Assembly (NCBI GenBank): GCA_027064095.1
Contig: JAMOQI010000080.1
Span: forward strand, 13,620-77,619
Origin: Bacteroidales bacterium
Lineage (GTDB): Bacteria > Bacteroidota > Bacteroidia > Bacteroidales > UBA1556
Length of the DNA stretch: 64,000 nucleotides
Direction: 5' to 3'
The notes beneath the pieces are model-generated. The model did not search any database. It was not told the DNA's origin and saw nothing but the letters and a program-made list of their open reading frames with translations. The position numbers were made by a program, and so were the translations under genes. How positions within the stretch are numbered: the stretch's first letter is position 1; every line of letters starts with the position of its first letter. Positions 39,547 to 49,543 of this stretch are shown piece by piece.

Positions 39547-40242
39547 CTATCTTAAACCTTTTACTTTTGAAATAGCAGCAACAAATTCTTTAAGATAGAA
39601 AGGTTCGAAATATGCTACATCTACAAAGTCTCCAGCAATAAATTTATTATAAGATAAAGAAACCATACCGACCGCTGTTGCTTCTACATCTTCGACAAGT
39701 ACAGCATTTTTGTGATTAATAATATTCATACATTTTGCTGCACCATCACCAAAAAAAAGAACTTTATGAGAATCAAGTTCTGATTTAAAACTATTCTCAT
39801 CAACAACTATTGCTGTAATATCATTTTTATTATTCAACTCAAAATCAAAGGTTTGAGAATATACTTCCATTCTTCTGGCATCTATCATAGGTCGAAAAAG
39901 AACATTTTTATCCTTATCATGCAACAGCTTTGCCAAAGCTGCCATACTATGTAAGGTACTAATAGAAATCAAAGGAATATCAAGAGCATAGCAAAGTCCC
40001 TTTGCTGTGGAAGTTCCAATTCTTAAACCTGTATATGAACCAGGGCCTTTACTTATAGCAATAGCTGATAAAGAAGAATACTCTATCTTATTTCTCTTTA
40101 ATAATTCATCAATAAAAGGGGCAAGCTTAACAGCATGAGAATTCCCTTCTTTATTTTCAATATCGTCGAGCAACACCCCATCTTTTGATAAGCTAACTGC
40201 ACATACTTTTGTTGAAGTTTCAATATTGAGGATATAAGTCAT
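39547..40242 (-). CDS. tsaB: tRNA t6A biosynthesis protein TsaB
   Basis: ILNIETST, GPGSYTGLRIG, IDARRMEVY, EPFYLK. Confidence 0.95.
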   Translation of the reverse strand: MTYILNIETSTKVCAVSLSKDGVLLDDIENKEGNSHAVKLAPFIDELLKRNKIEYSSLSAIAISKGPGSYTGLRIGTSTAKGLCYALDIPLISISTLHSMAALAKLLHDKDKNVLFRPMIDARRMEVYSQTFDFELNNKNDITAIVVDENSFKSELDSHKVLFFGDGAAKCMNIINHKNAVLVEDVEATAVGMVSLSYNKFIAGDFVDVAYFEPFYLKEFVAAISKVKGLR

Positions 40243-40255
40243 CTCAAATACAGAA

Positions 40256-41251
40256 TTAATTAAAATAGCTATCAATAAGTTTTAATAATTCTACTTTACG
40301 GCCAGTATCAGCAAAGCTAACATCTACTGCATTTTGTGTAAGTTTCTTTAAGTCCTCTTTAGAAAGATTTAAAGCTTCTGTTGTAGCAATGAAATTCTCA
40401 TTCATATAGCCTCCAAAATAAGCAGGATCATCAGAATTTATAGTAACCTTAAGGCCTAAGTCAAGCATTTTCTTAACAGGATGATTTCGTAAATCTTTAA
40501 CAACCTGTAATTTTAAATTTGAAAGAGGGCATAGTGTCAAGCCCATATTTCTATTCTTCAATTCTAACAATAAATCCTCATCATCCATAGATCTATTGCC
40601 ATGGTCAAGGCGGTCTATTTTCAACAATGAAAGGCTATCCCAAATATATTGAGCTGGGCCTTCTTCCCCGGCATGGGCGACCTTCAAATAACCCTGCTTA
40701 GCAGCAATATTGTAAACTGTTTCAAATTTCTGAGGAGGATTACCCACTTCAGAAGAATCAAGACCTACAGCAATAAATTCATCTTTCATAGGCTCTGCTG
40801 CCATCAATACTTCTATGGCCGCTTCTTCAGAAAGGTGACGTAAAAAACTCAATATCAAACCACTGCTAATCCCCCAAGCTTCAGCTTCTTTCATAGCTCT
40901 ACGAATTCCATTAACCACTGTTTCAAGTGCAATTCCTCTATCGGTATGCGATTGTGGGTCAAAGAATATTTCAGCATGAAGAATATTCTGCTCTTTAGCT
41001 TTTTGAAAATAAGCCAGAGTCATTTCATAAAAATCCTGTTCGTGAATAAGTACGTTACATCCTGCGTAATATATATCCAAAAAATCCTGAAGATTACCAA
41101 ACTTATAAGCAGTCTTAACCTCTTCAACTGTTGAATAAGGCAAATCAACTTTATTACGCTGAGCGAGTTTAAACATTAATTCAGGTTCAAGGCTTCCTTC
41201 TATATGAAGATGAAGCTCTACTTTAGGCATTTGAGTTATAAATTCTTTCAT
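40256..41251 (-). CDS. Adenine/adenosine deaminase
   Basis: ELHLHIEGSLEPE, FLDIYYAG, HAGEEG, DHG, NSDDPAYFGG. Confidence 0.9.
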   Translation of the reverse strand: MKEFITQMPKVELHLHIEGSLEPELMFKLAQRNKVDLPYSTVEEVKTAYKFGNLQDFLDIYYAGCNVLIHEQDFYEMTLAYFQKAKEQNILHAEIFFDPQSHTDRGIALETVVNGIRRAMKEAEAWGISSGLILSFLRHLSEEAAIEVLMAAEPMKDEFIAVGLDSSEVGNPPQKFETVYNIAAKQGYLKVAHAGEEGPAQYIWDSLSLLKIDRLDHGNRSMDDEDLLLELKNRNMGLTLCPLSNLKLQVVKDLRNHPVKKMLDLGLKVTINSDDPAYFGGYMNENFIATTEALNLSKEDLKKLTQNAVDVSFADTGRKVELLKLIDSYFN

Positions 41252-41281
41252 TACTGTTATATTTATTACATTCTAATAAAA

Positions 41282-41323
41282 ACGCCACAAAAAATAATGA
41301 ATACTTTCCCTTTTTTGTGGCGT
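41282..41323 (-). terminator. Probable terminator hairpin after the S46 peptidase
   Basis: ACGCCACAAAAAA...TTTTTTGTGGCGT inverted repeat with a large loop. Confidence 0.6.
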
Positions 41324-41336
41324 AATTTTTTACTTA

Positions 41337-43598
41337 TTACTTAATAATAGTCATCTCATCTACCAAATGACCGGCATTTCCTAACTTATCTATTACGAAA
41401 AGCACATAACGAATATCCACGACAATAGTACGTTGAATGCTATTCTCAAAGAAAATATCACCACTCATAGCTTCCCAGTTACCATCAAAAGCAATACCTA
41501 TAAGTTGACCATCGCCATTAATACAAGGACTTCCAGAGTTACCACCTGTAATATCATTATTTGTTAGGAAACAAACATGCATTGTCCCATCCTTATCAAC
41601 ATATTGTCCATAATCCTTATTATTATACAATTCTTTAAGTTTAGCCGGAACGATAAACTCTTCATTGTTTGGATCTTCTTTCTCCATAACACCTTTAAGA
41701 GTAGTAAAGTAGTTATATTCTACTGCATCACGAGCCTGATAAGGTTCAACCTGCCCATAAGTCATTCTTAATGTTGAATTTGCATTTGGATAATATTTCT
41801 TTCCAGTATCCATTTTACGAAGTCCATCAACAAACAGGCGCTTACCTTTTTCCATATTTTTATCTATATCGCCAAGGTGACTATAAATATCTCGAATAGA
41901 ATTTACCACTGCCAATGTCAATTGAAAACCCGGATCTTTCTCTAGTACTTTTAAAGAAGGTTTATTCAAAAATGCACGCATTCTATTAGAATCTACAAAT
42001 ATTGATTTTGCATACACAGCATCTGTATATTTAGCAATATCACCTTTGTATTTTTTATTTATCATATCAATAACATACAATCTTTCTTGACTTACAATGG
42101 AGTCCTTAACTTTCTTATCATATTTAATTTTCTTATTGAAAGCGGAATACTCTTTAGGAACATTTTTAAAATACATTCCTATAAGCTCTTGGAACATATC
42201 TTTGTCTGTATCAAAGTCATAATCTTTGAAATATTCAGCCATACCTGCTGCAATTTCTTGAGCTTGACTTTTAATACTTTCATTATATTTTGCTTTATCT
42301 TCCTTAGACTTTTTATTAGCTTGTGCTTTCAAAGTCATATACATAGAGAAAGTTCCAAAACTATAATATATATTTTCCGGACCTTGGAAAACAGCTTCCT
42401 CAAGATATTTTAAAGGAATATTATAAGGCTGTTGTTCTTTATAGCCTTCTTCTATCATCTTTAGGGCCTCACCATACTTGGCAGCTCTTTTCTCATTAGC
42501 ATTAGCCCACTTTAAATATCTGTTCTCTATTTCAACTTTCTTATCATAAACATGGTTAGACTTTAAGCCTTTGCTTTGACCAATAAAATATTTCCAATAG
42601 TTAGCAGTTTGAGCATGTTTTGCAGCATATTTTAATCTAATAGCATGACTCATATCCATATGCTTCTTCATTACATCAAGCTTATGAGTACGGATATCAA
42701 CAATAGTTGGGTTTATTTCATCCAAAGCTGTCTTAATACCATAAGATGTCAAATAACGGTCAGTACTTCCAGGATATCCCCAAATCATAGCAAAATCATC
42801 TTTCTTAACACCTTTCAATGAAACAGGTAAATAATGCTTTGGCTTCATAGGTATATTATCTTTAGAATAAGAAACACCATTTCCATCTTTATCGGTATAA
42901 ATTCTAAACATAGAGAAATCTCCGGTATGACGTGGCCACATCCAATTGTCGGTATCACCACCAAATTTACCAATAGACTCTGGTGGAGCACCAACTAAAC
43001 GTACATCCTTATACTGATTATAAATAAACATATAGAATTCATTACCATTGAAGAATGGTTTAATATCTACACGATAAACTCCATCAGGATTATTAGCTTT
43101 TTTAATTTTCGCAATAGCTTTACGAACCATTTTTGCGCGCTCAGCTTCAGAAGTCTCATCAGTAATTCCAGCAAGTACAGAATCTGTTACATTATCCATC
43201 CTCTCTAAAATATAAGCTGTTACATCATGTACGGGGAGCTCTTCCTCATACTTTGTAGCCCAGAAACCATCTCTAAGATAATCATGTTCTACAGTTGAGT
43301 TAGCTTGTATTGTACCATAACCACAGTGGTGATTTGTAAGGTATAAGCCTTTATCAGAGACAAGTTCTCCAGTACAGAAGAACCCCATACTAACAATGGC
43401 ATCCTTCATACTCGAATGATTAATGCTATACATTTCTTCAGCAGTAAGGTGTAAACCTTCTTTATGCATATCAGTATAATTAAGGCGTTCAACAAGCATT
43501 GGAAGCCACATTCCTTCATCAGGTGGAGTTGAAGCGTTAGCTCTTATTCCAAGTGTGAACAATAGAAAAAGCATAAAGCTTAATAGTAATTTTTTCAT
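41337..43598 (-). CDS. dpp7: S46 dipeptidyl-peptidase, DPP7 type
   Basis: DEGMW, TNHHC, DTDNWMWPRHTGDF, TGGNSGSP. AFDGNWE has Gly at the S1 site (DPP7) rather than Arg (DPP11). Confidence 0.9.
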   Translation of the reverse strand: MKKLLLSFMLFLLFTLGIRANASTPPDEGMWLPMLVERLNYTDMHKEGLHLTAEEMYSINHSSMKDAIVSMGFFCTGELVSDKGLYLTNHHCGYGTIQANSTVEHDYLRDGFWATKYEEELPVHDVTAYILERMDNVTDSVLAGITDETSEAERAKMVRKAIAKIKKANNPDGVYRVDIKPFFNGNEFYMFIYNQYKDVRLVGAPPESIGKFGGDTDNWMWPRHTGDFSMFRIYTDKDGNGVSYSKDNIPMKPKHYLPVSLKGVKKDDFAMIWGYPGSTDRYLTSYGIKTALDEINPTIVDIRTHKLDVMKKHMDMSHAIRLKYAAKHAQTANYWKYFIGQSKGLKSNHVYDKKVEIENRYLKWANANEKRAAKYGEALKMIEEGYKEQQPYNIPLKYLEEAVFQGPENIYYSFGTFSMYMTLKAQANKKSKEDKAKYNESIKSQAQEIAAGMAEYFKDYDFDTDKDMFQELIGMYFKNVPKEYSAFNKKIKYDKKVKDSIVSQERLYVIDMINKKYKGDIAKYTDAVYAKSIFVDSNRMRAFLNKPSLKVLEKDPGFQLTLAVVNSIRDIYSHLGDIDKNMEKGKRLFVDGLRKMDTGKKYYPNANSTLRMTYGQVEPYQARDAVEYNYFTTLKGVMEKEDPNNEEFIVPAKLKELYNNKDYGQYVDKDGTMHVCFLTNNDITGGNSGSPCINGDGQLIGIAFDGNWEAMSGDIFFENSIQRTIVVDIRYVLFVIDKLGNAGHLVDEMTIIK

Positions 43599-43685
43599 GA
43601 TAATAATAAAATTTAAAATTGTAATTTATTTGTGTGTATTAATGTATTTAATTAACTATTTATATATTAATGTAAATCTTACGCA

Positions 43686-44681
43686 TTAGTTTAATTTATC
43701 TGACAGAAGTCTCATTTCAATAACTGGAGAAATGCCCTCATAAAGAATATTATAAACAGCCTCAGCTATAGGAAGATACACTTTATGCTCCTTATTAATT
43801 TCCATTAAACATTTCACCGCATAATAACCTTCGGCAACCATATTCATCTCTGCCATAGTAGCTTTAACAGAATACCCACGGCCAATAAATGTACCAAAAG
43901 TCCTGTTTCTACTAAACTTAGAATAAGAAGTTACCAAAAGATCTCCCACATATTCTGTATCCATCACCTTTCTATATTGAGGAAAAACGTCTTCAAGGAA
44001 TCTGCGAATTTCCCTCATAGCATTAACAATAAGCACCGCTTGAAAATTATCCCCATATCCAAGTCCGATACAAATACCATTTGCAATTGCAACAATATTC
44101 TTAATCATAGCGGCATATTCAGTACCTGCAATATCAACAGAAGTCTTCATCTTCATATACCATGTAGAAAAAAGCTCAGCAATATGCTGTGCTTTTTCTT
44201 CTTGTAGAAATGCAATTGTTAAAAAAGATAACTTCTGCATAGCAACTTCTTCAGCATGGCATGGTCCAGCTATAATTCCAATATCATTATATGGAACATT
44301 ATAATTATTATGAAAATAATTGGCTACTATTTGATTAAACTCAGGCACAATACCTTTTATAGCAGAAATTATTATCTTATTTTCGAAATGTGTAATACCA
44401 GCCTCTGTGATACTATTATGAAGAAATGCAGAAGGAATAGCAAATATCAAAATATCGTATTTCTTAACGATATATGTCATATCTACAGAAATATCCAGCG
44501 TATTTGGGTCTAATTCAGCATATTGAAGATAAACAGGATTACGACCATGTTTTTCAACATAATTTTTAGTTTTGGTACTTCTAACCCACCAACCTATTTG
44601 GTCAACATTGTGACCAAGTAATTTCACCAAGGCTGTCCCCCAACTTCCAGAACCAATAACTGCTATTTTCCTTTCTATCAT
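43686..44681 (-). CDS. gpsA: NAD(P)H-dependent glycerol-3-phosphate dehydrogenase
   Basis: GSGSWGTAL, GPCHAEEV, KNIVAIA, GDLLVT.YS.FSRNR, VAEG. Confidence 0.95.
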   Translation of the reverse strand: MIERKIAVIGSGSWGTALVKLLGHNVDQIGWWVRSTKTKNYVEKHGRNPVYLQYAELDPNTLDISVDMTYIVKKYDILIFAIPSAFLHNSITEAGITHFENKIIISAIKGIVPEFNQIVANYFHNNYNVPYNDIGIIAGPCHAEEVAMQKLSFLTIAFLQEEKAQHIAELFSTWYMKMKTSVDIAGTEYAAMIKNIVAIANGICIGLGYGDNFQAVLIVNAMREIRRFLEDVFPQYRKVMDTEYVGDLLVTSYSKFSRNRTFGTFIGRGYSVKATMAEMNMVAEGYYAVKCLMEINKEHKVYLPIAEAVYNILYEGISPVIEMRLLSDKLN

Positions 44682-44788
44682 AAGTGTTATTAAACCTCTA
44701 CTCTTATTTGCTATGCAAAACTACAAAATTTAATTTGTTATATAACAAAATTAACAGGGTTTACCATTATATACACTCTTAATTTATT

Positions 44789-45382
44789 TTAAAAAATATT
44801 ATACAACACAGCAGCATATATATAAAACCTAAGCAAACGAGTTAATCCTAATAGTGACAATCTCTTTAAAGGATAATCTAAAATACCAGCAACTAATGTA
44901 ATAGTAGAAAATGGCAAAGGGAATAAAGCTGAGAACACTATCAAGAAACCTCCATATTTATGTAATGTAGCAAAATGTGATGAGAATTTATTAATAAGCC
45001 ATCTATGCACTCTCGGAAAGTTTGAAATTCTGTTTCCAATCAAATAAGCTGCTATTCCTCCCAAATAAGATAATATTGCAATAAAAGTCAACATAAGTAG
45101 AGGATGCGATGATGCTTTACTCCAAACAATAAAAAAATCCGGAGGTATAAGTCCTAAAAAAGTTTCGGAAATAAAAAAAAGTATCAACACAAAAGGAGGA
45201 TCTAATTTTTTAAGAAATATAGTTACATTCTCCTTAAAATCAACTATATAAGTCTGTGCAATATACAACGCAACACCCACTATTATCGAAATAATTATTA
45301 AGCGCAATACACTCTTCCAGGCCAGAGTATAAAATCCCCTTCTCTTTAATAAATTATGATATAAATTAATTCTTCTTTTCAT
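44789..45382 (-). CDS. DedA/VTT-like membrane protein
   Basis: SETFLGLIPPD, ALFPLPFS, RLLRF, several TM helices. Confidence 0.75.
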   Translation of the reverse strand: MKRRINLYHNLLKRRGFYTLAWKSVLRLIIISIIVGVALYIAQTYIVDFKENVTIFLKKLDPPFVLILFFISETFLGLIPPDFFIVWSKASSHPLLMLTFIAILSYLGGIAAYLIGNRISNFPRVHRWLINKFSSHFATLHKYGGFLIVFSALFPLPFSTITLVAGILDYPLKRLSLLGLTRLLRFYIYAAVLYNIF

Positions 45383-45580
45383 CGCAAGCTACAAAAATAA
45401 TATACTATGACACAAAAAAGAAATTCATTAAAGATATTTAAGAAAATATTTATCACTTATAAGAATTTATCTTAGCAATTAGAAAATCATTTTTTTGATA
45501 TTCAAAATTCATAATATTAAACTAACAAAAATGTATAATGATAATAAAAGAGTCTAATTGAAAACAAAATATTTTTCGAA

Positions 45581-46084
45581 CTAAGGGATTTTGTCAACAT
45601 ATATGGCAGGAGTAAAAACAATATTACTTTTATGCAAAGCCCTATCAATAATTTGTGCTGAGAATTTCACACTATCACTAGTAGAACTATAATTATTAAA
45701 GAATAATTCAATTTGAATTTCACCCCTTATTCCTCTACTCGCTAGTTCATCTTCCACATTTGGTATTCTTGCATTAAAAGTTGTTGGCAATTCTACTTTA
45801 ACAAAGCTGTCATTTTTCAGTTCGTAATAGTCTATCAAAAAATTATAATAATAATCTCCATTTGCATTATATGGTGGCAACGTATCATCAGTTTCCAAGC
45901 CAATATCACCATCTCCATCGGTAAAATTAATTATCAAATATCCCTTATTATCAACACCAGTACCATCCGATATTTTAACAAAGTCATTAAATTCAATAAT
46001 TGGTTCAATAGGATAAACCTCATGCTTAACACATGAAGTAAATGCCAACGTAAGAAAAACCAATATTATAATTAATTTATACAT
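45581..46084 (-). CDS. Hypothetical lipoprotein
   Basis: FTSC lipobox, FTDGDGDIG, IDRALHKSN. Confidence 0.7.
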   Translation of the reverse strand: MYKLIIILVFLTLAFTSCVKHEVYPIEPIIEFNDFVKISDGTGVDNKGYLIINFTDGDGDIGLETDDTLPPYNANGDYYYNFLIDYYELKNDSFVKVELPTTFNARIPNVEDELASRGIRGEIQIELFFNNYSSTSDSVKFSAQIIDRALHKSNIVFTPAIYVDKIP

Positions 46085-46175
46085 AATTTAAATATGAATT
46101 AACTGCTCTATAATGATATTAGTATCTTTGCAGTTATTGCAAAATTAATAATTTAAAATTAACGAAATAAATTTA

Positions 46176-47168
46176 ATGTTAAATTCACTTCAATTAAAAC
46201 AAAAAATTAGTCATATTCAAAATGAATATGACTTTAATACAACGGCCATTGAAGTGTTTTATTATCAATACAATAATAATTTAATATATCAACAATGGAT
46301 AAATAATTTAGGTATTAATCCTAAAGATATTACAACAGTGGAAGATATACCTTTTATGCCAATCTCTCTTTTTAAATCTCATAAAATAAAATCTTTCGAA
46401 GGCAATAGTGAAATTATTTTTCAAAGTAGTGGCACAACTGGGAATCAAACCTCTAAGCATTATGTAAAATCAATAGCATTATACCGAGAATCGTACAAAA
46501 GAGCATTTAAATATATGTATGGGAATATTGAGCAATATACTATTCTGGCATTACTACCATCATATTTAGAAAGGGAAGGGTCATCATTAATTTTTATGAC
46601 TGAAGACTTAATAAAAAGCTCAAAAGATTCACACAGCGGATTTTATTTATACAATTACCTTGATTTGCATAATATTCTAAATAAATTATCAGAACAAAAT
46701 AAAAAAGTTCTTTTATTAGGGGTAAGTTTTGCTCTATTAGAATTTGCTGAAAATTACAACATCAATTATAAGGATCTGATTGTAATGGAGACAGGAGGCA
46801 TGAAAGGTAAAAGAAAAGAGATTTTACGACAAGAACTTCATAGTATTCTCCAGAAAAGCTTTGGGGTAAAGCAAATCCACTCGGAGTACGGAATGACAGA
46901 ACTGATGTCACAAGCATATTCTAATGGTAATGGAATATTTGAGTATCCACCTTGGATGAAAATACTTATCAGAGACCCCAACGACCCATTAAGCTTAATA
47001 GCAAAAGGAAAGACAGGAGGAATAAATGTTGTAGATTTATACAATCTATACTCTTGCTCTTTTATTGCTACTCAGGATTTGGGTAAACTTCTTGAGAACA
47101 ATCGTTTTGAAATATTAGGGAGATTCGATAATTCTGATATTAGAGGATGTAACTTACTAGTATCCTGA
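46176..47168 (+). CDS. LuxE/PaaK-like acyl-protein synthetase
   Basis: FQSSGTTG, METGGMKG, HSEYGMTEL.SQAY, TQDLG, GR...RGC. Confidence 0.85.
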   Translation: MLNSLQLKQKISHIQNEYDFNTTAIEVFYYQYNNNLIYQQWINNLGINPKDITTVEDIPFMPISLFKSHKIKSFEGNSEIIFQSSGTTGNQTSKHYVKSIALYRESYKRAFKYMYGNIEQYTILALLPSYLEREGSSLIFMTEDLIKSSKDSHSGFYLYNYLDLHNILNKLSEQNKKVLLLGVSFALLEFAENYNINYKDLIVMETGGMKGKRKEILRQELHSILQKSFGVKQIHSEYGMTELMSQAYSNGNGIFEYPPWMKILIRDPNDPLSLIAKGKTGGINVVDLYNLYSCSFIATQDLGKLLENNRFEILGRFDNSDIRGCNLLVS

Positions 47169-47359
47169 ACTCGACATAAGCTTTACTCACAGTTTTGATA
47201 ATTGGATTTCTAATCGACAGGACCATAGGGCTAAAAAGCCAATAACACTGTATCTTTGCACTAAAAATCTCTCATAACATATAACTCCATGATTTTCAGC
47301 GATAGTTATAGCATACTATTAAATTTCTGTAAGATAAATCTTATATCAAACTCAAGTTA
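47161..47359. repeat. REP/MITE-like element with 20-bp imperfect arms
   Basis: TATCCTGAACTCGACATAAG...CTTATATCAAACTCAAGTTA, with ACTCACAG shared with the 2509 and 14305 copies. Confidence 0.65.
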
Positions 47360-47369
47360 TTACAATAAA

Positions 47370-47768
47370 TTATTTCTTAAAAGCCGAAGATATATTTTTG
47401 GCTAAATCTTGGAATTCTTCGGCAGACAATGCTAACTTTTCTTTCTTAAAATCCATATCATAAATACTATTAATAGGTATTAAATGAATATGCGTATGAG
47501 GTACTTCCAAACCAATAACTGTAATTCCAATTCTTTTACATGGAACAACTGTTTCAATAGCTCTACCAACTTTTTGTGCAAAATTCCATAATTTAGCATG
47601 TAAATCCTCATCAACATCCAATATATAATCAATCTCTTGTTTAGGAATAACAAGAGTATGCCCTTTTGCCAATGGATTAATATCTAAAAAAGCATAGAAC
47701 AACTCATTCTCAGCGATTTTATAAGAAGGGATTTCCCCTTTTACAATTTTAGTGAAGATAGAACTCAT
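47370..47768 (-). CDS. HIT family protein
   Basis: IFTKIV.GEIP, AFLDINP, GHTLVIPK, VPHTHIHL. Confidence 0.95.
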   Translation of the reverse strand: MSSIFTKIVKGEIPSYKIAENELFYAFLDINPLAKGHTLVIPKQEIDYILDVDEDLHAKLWNFAQKVGRAIETVVPCKRIGITVIGLEVPHTHIHLIPINSIYDMDFKKEKLALSAEEFQDLAKNISSAFKK

Positions 47769-47771
47769 AAT

Positions 47772-48245
47772 CTAACGTTCTATTTTGATTAGTTCTAATT
47801 GAAGTAGACCTGCAGGCACTTGAATTTCTGCAATATCACCAACAGATTTTCCTAAAATACCTTTCGCTATAGGAGAACCAACAGAAATCTTACCTAATTT
47901 AAAATCAGCTTCTTTTTCAGGTACGATAGTATAAACCATTTCTTTTCCTGTAGCTTTATTTACTAAAGTAACCTTTGAAAGTAATAATGCTTTTGAAGCA
48001 TCAATTTTCGATTCATCCAGTAATCTTGCATTCTGAACAATTTTCTGCAATTTAGAAATTTTTAATTCTAATAAGCCCTGAGCTTCTTTAGCAGCATCAT
48101 ATTCTGCATTTTCTGACAAATCACCTTTATCACGTGCTTCAGCAATTTGCTTAGAAATTGATAATCTTTCTACTGTTGTAAGATGGTTAAGTTCCTCCTT
48201 TATACTAGCAAGACCTTCTTTAGAGAAAAATTGTATATCTGACAT
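47772..48245 (-). CDS. greA: Transcription elongation factor GreA
   Basis: EARDKGDLSENAEYDAAK, ISVGSPIAK. Confidence 0.97.
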   Translation of the reverse strand: MSDIQFFSKEGLASIKEELNHLTTVERLSISKQIAEARDKGDLSENAEYDAAKEAQGLLELKISKLQKIVQNARLLDESKIDASKALLLSKVTLVNKATGKEMVYTIVPEKEADFKLGKISVGSPIAKGILGKSVGDIAEIQVPAGLLQLELIKIER

Positions 48246-48374
48246 AATTAAATGTTTTAATTTTATTTAATATTGATAACAAACACAAAAAAACACAGAA
48301 AAAAAAAATTAATGTCCAGTAATAAAATTCTGAATTCACTAAAATTATTTCTGATGTAAGTCTGAAAATCGAAT

Positions 48375-48409
48375 AAAAAATCAGAAGGCCAAAATAGTCT
48401 TCTGATTTT
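48375..48409 (-). terminator. Intrinsic terminator-like hairpin between the PorV-family gene and greA
   Basis: Minus strand AAAATCAGAAGAC-TATTTT-GGCCTTCTGATTTTTT. Confidence 0.7.
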
Positions 48410-48464
48410 CACTGCAAAAGTAATAATTTTTTTTAATATACTGTTCGTGTATATTTAATATATA

Positions 48465-49517
48465 TTATAAGTGAAGTCTAACACCCACACTATGTGTTCC
48501 TGCAAAAGGATTTGTAGTTTGATAAGCATAATCAATAGAGAAACCCGCTTCATCACCTTTCTTAAAAGGAGCTCCAATTGAAATACCGGCAGCAAATCCA
48601 CTTAAAGCATTCATTCTTTGAGCTGCATCAAAAGCTCCATTTTCATAAGTATAACCAGCTCTAAGAACTAGATATTGACTCCATTTAAATTCCATCCCTA
48701 AAGAATGTTGGTCATTAGTAAAAGAATTAGAAGTAAAAGTATATGCAGGAGTTAAAGTCATTTTATCACCGATAAACAAATCGTAAGAAGCACCAATACG
48801 AATTAAAGTAGGAAGTTCAAATCCTGCTGATCTTTGTTCAACAGTCATAGCATTTGCTTGGCCTGGTACAAATCCACGAAATGTAAGTCCATCACCAGAA
48901 TACTTCATATTTGGACCAACATTTTTCAAAGTTACACCAAATTTAAACTGATCACTCTTTCCGGTAACATACTGAATACCAGCATCAATAGCAACGGTGG
49001 AAGCCTTTGTAGACGAAGTAGATTCACTAACAATCTTTACAGTAATACCAGCATAAATACTATGAGAGAATGCCTTTGCATAAGATAAATTAATATTACT
49101 CTGCTTAGGAGAGAAAGTACCAATTCCACCTTCTGGTTGATCAACAGTAGTAATAGGAATATCTCCGTAAGAGAATGAAACAACAGAAAGTCCTAAAACT
49201 CCTCCATTTTCACCCAATTTCTGAGTCAAACCAAAAGCAGCTATATTTGTTCCTGTACCTTTCAACCATGTAGTATTTGAAAAAATTAATTCAGTAGAAC
49301 GCGTGTGAGCGATACCAGCTACATTAAGAAATTGCGCTTCTAATCCTCTAATATTGGCAGAGTTTGAACCTCCAAGACCATTACTTCTTGCCCAAGGATT
49401 TATCAACAACTGACCAGCTCCAGCTTCACCGGCTCTATCTTTATTTCCAGCGTAAGCTTCGACAAAGACTAAGCTTAACACAAGACTCATTATCAATATT
49501 TTATATACTCTCATCAT
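48465..49517 (-). CDS. PorV/PorQ-family outer-membrane beta-barrel
   Basis: Signal peptide, AGAGQLLINPWARSNGLG, FLNVAG, DAGIQY, GVTLKNVG, LRAGY, IDYAY. Confidence 0.85.
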   Translation of the reverse strand: MMRVYKILIMSLVLSLVFVEAYAGNKDRAGEAGAGQLLINPWARSNGLGGSNSANIRGLEAQFLNVAGIAHTRSTELIFSNTTWLKGTGTNIAAFGLTQKLGENGGVLGLSVVSFSYGDIPITTVDQPEGGIGTFSPKQSNINLSYAKAFSHSIYAGITVKIVSESTSSTKASTVAIDAGIQYVTGKSDQFKFGVTLKNVGPNMKYSGDGLTFRGFVPGQANAMTVEQRSAGFELPTLIRIGASYDLFIGDKMTLTPAYTFTSNSFTNDQHSLGMEFKWSQYLVLRAGYTYENGAFDAAQRMNALSGFAAGISIGAPFKKGDEAGFSIDYAYQTTNPFAGTHSVGVRLHL

Positions 49518-49543
49518 TATATGATTTATTTTGATTTTCAATA

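Noticed and set aside
46176-47168. Bioluminescence (lux) system
   Set aside because: Lone LuxE-like gene of a family common in Bacteroidota, with no luxAB/CD.
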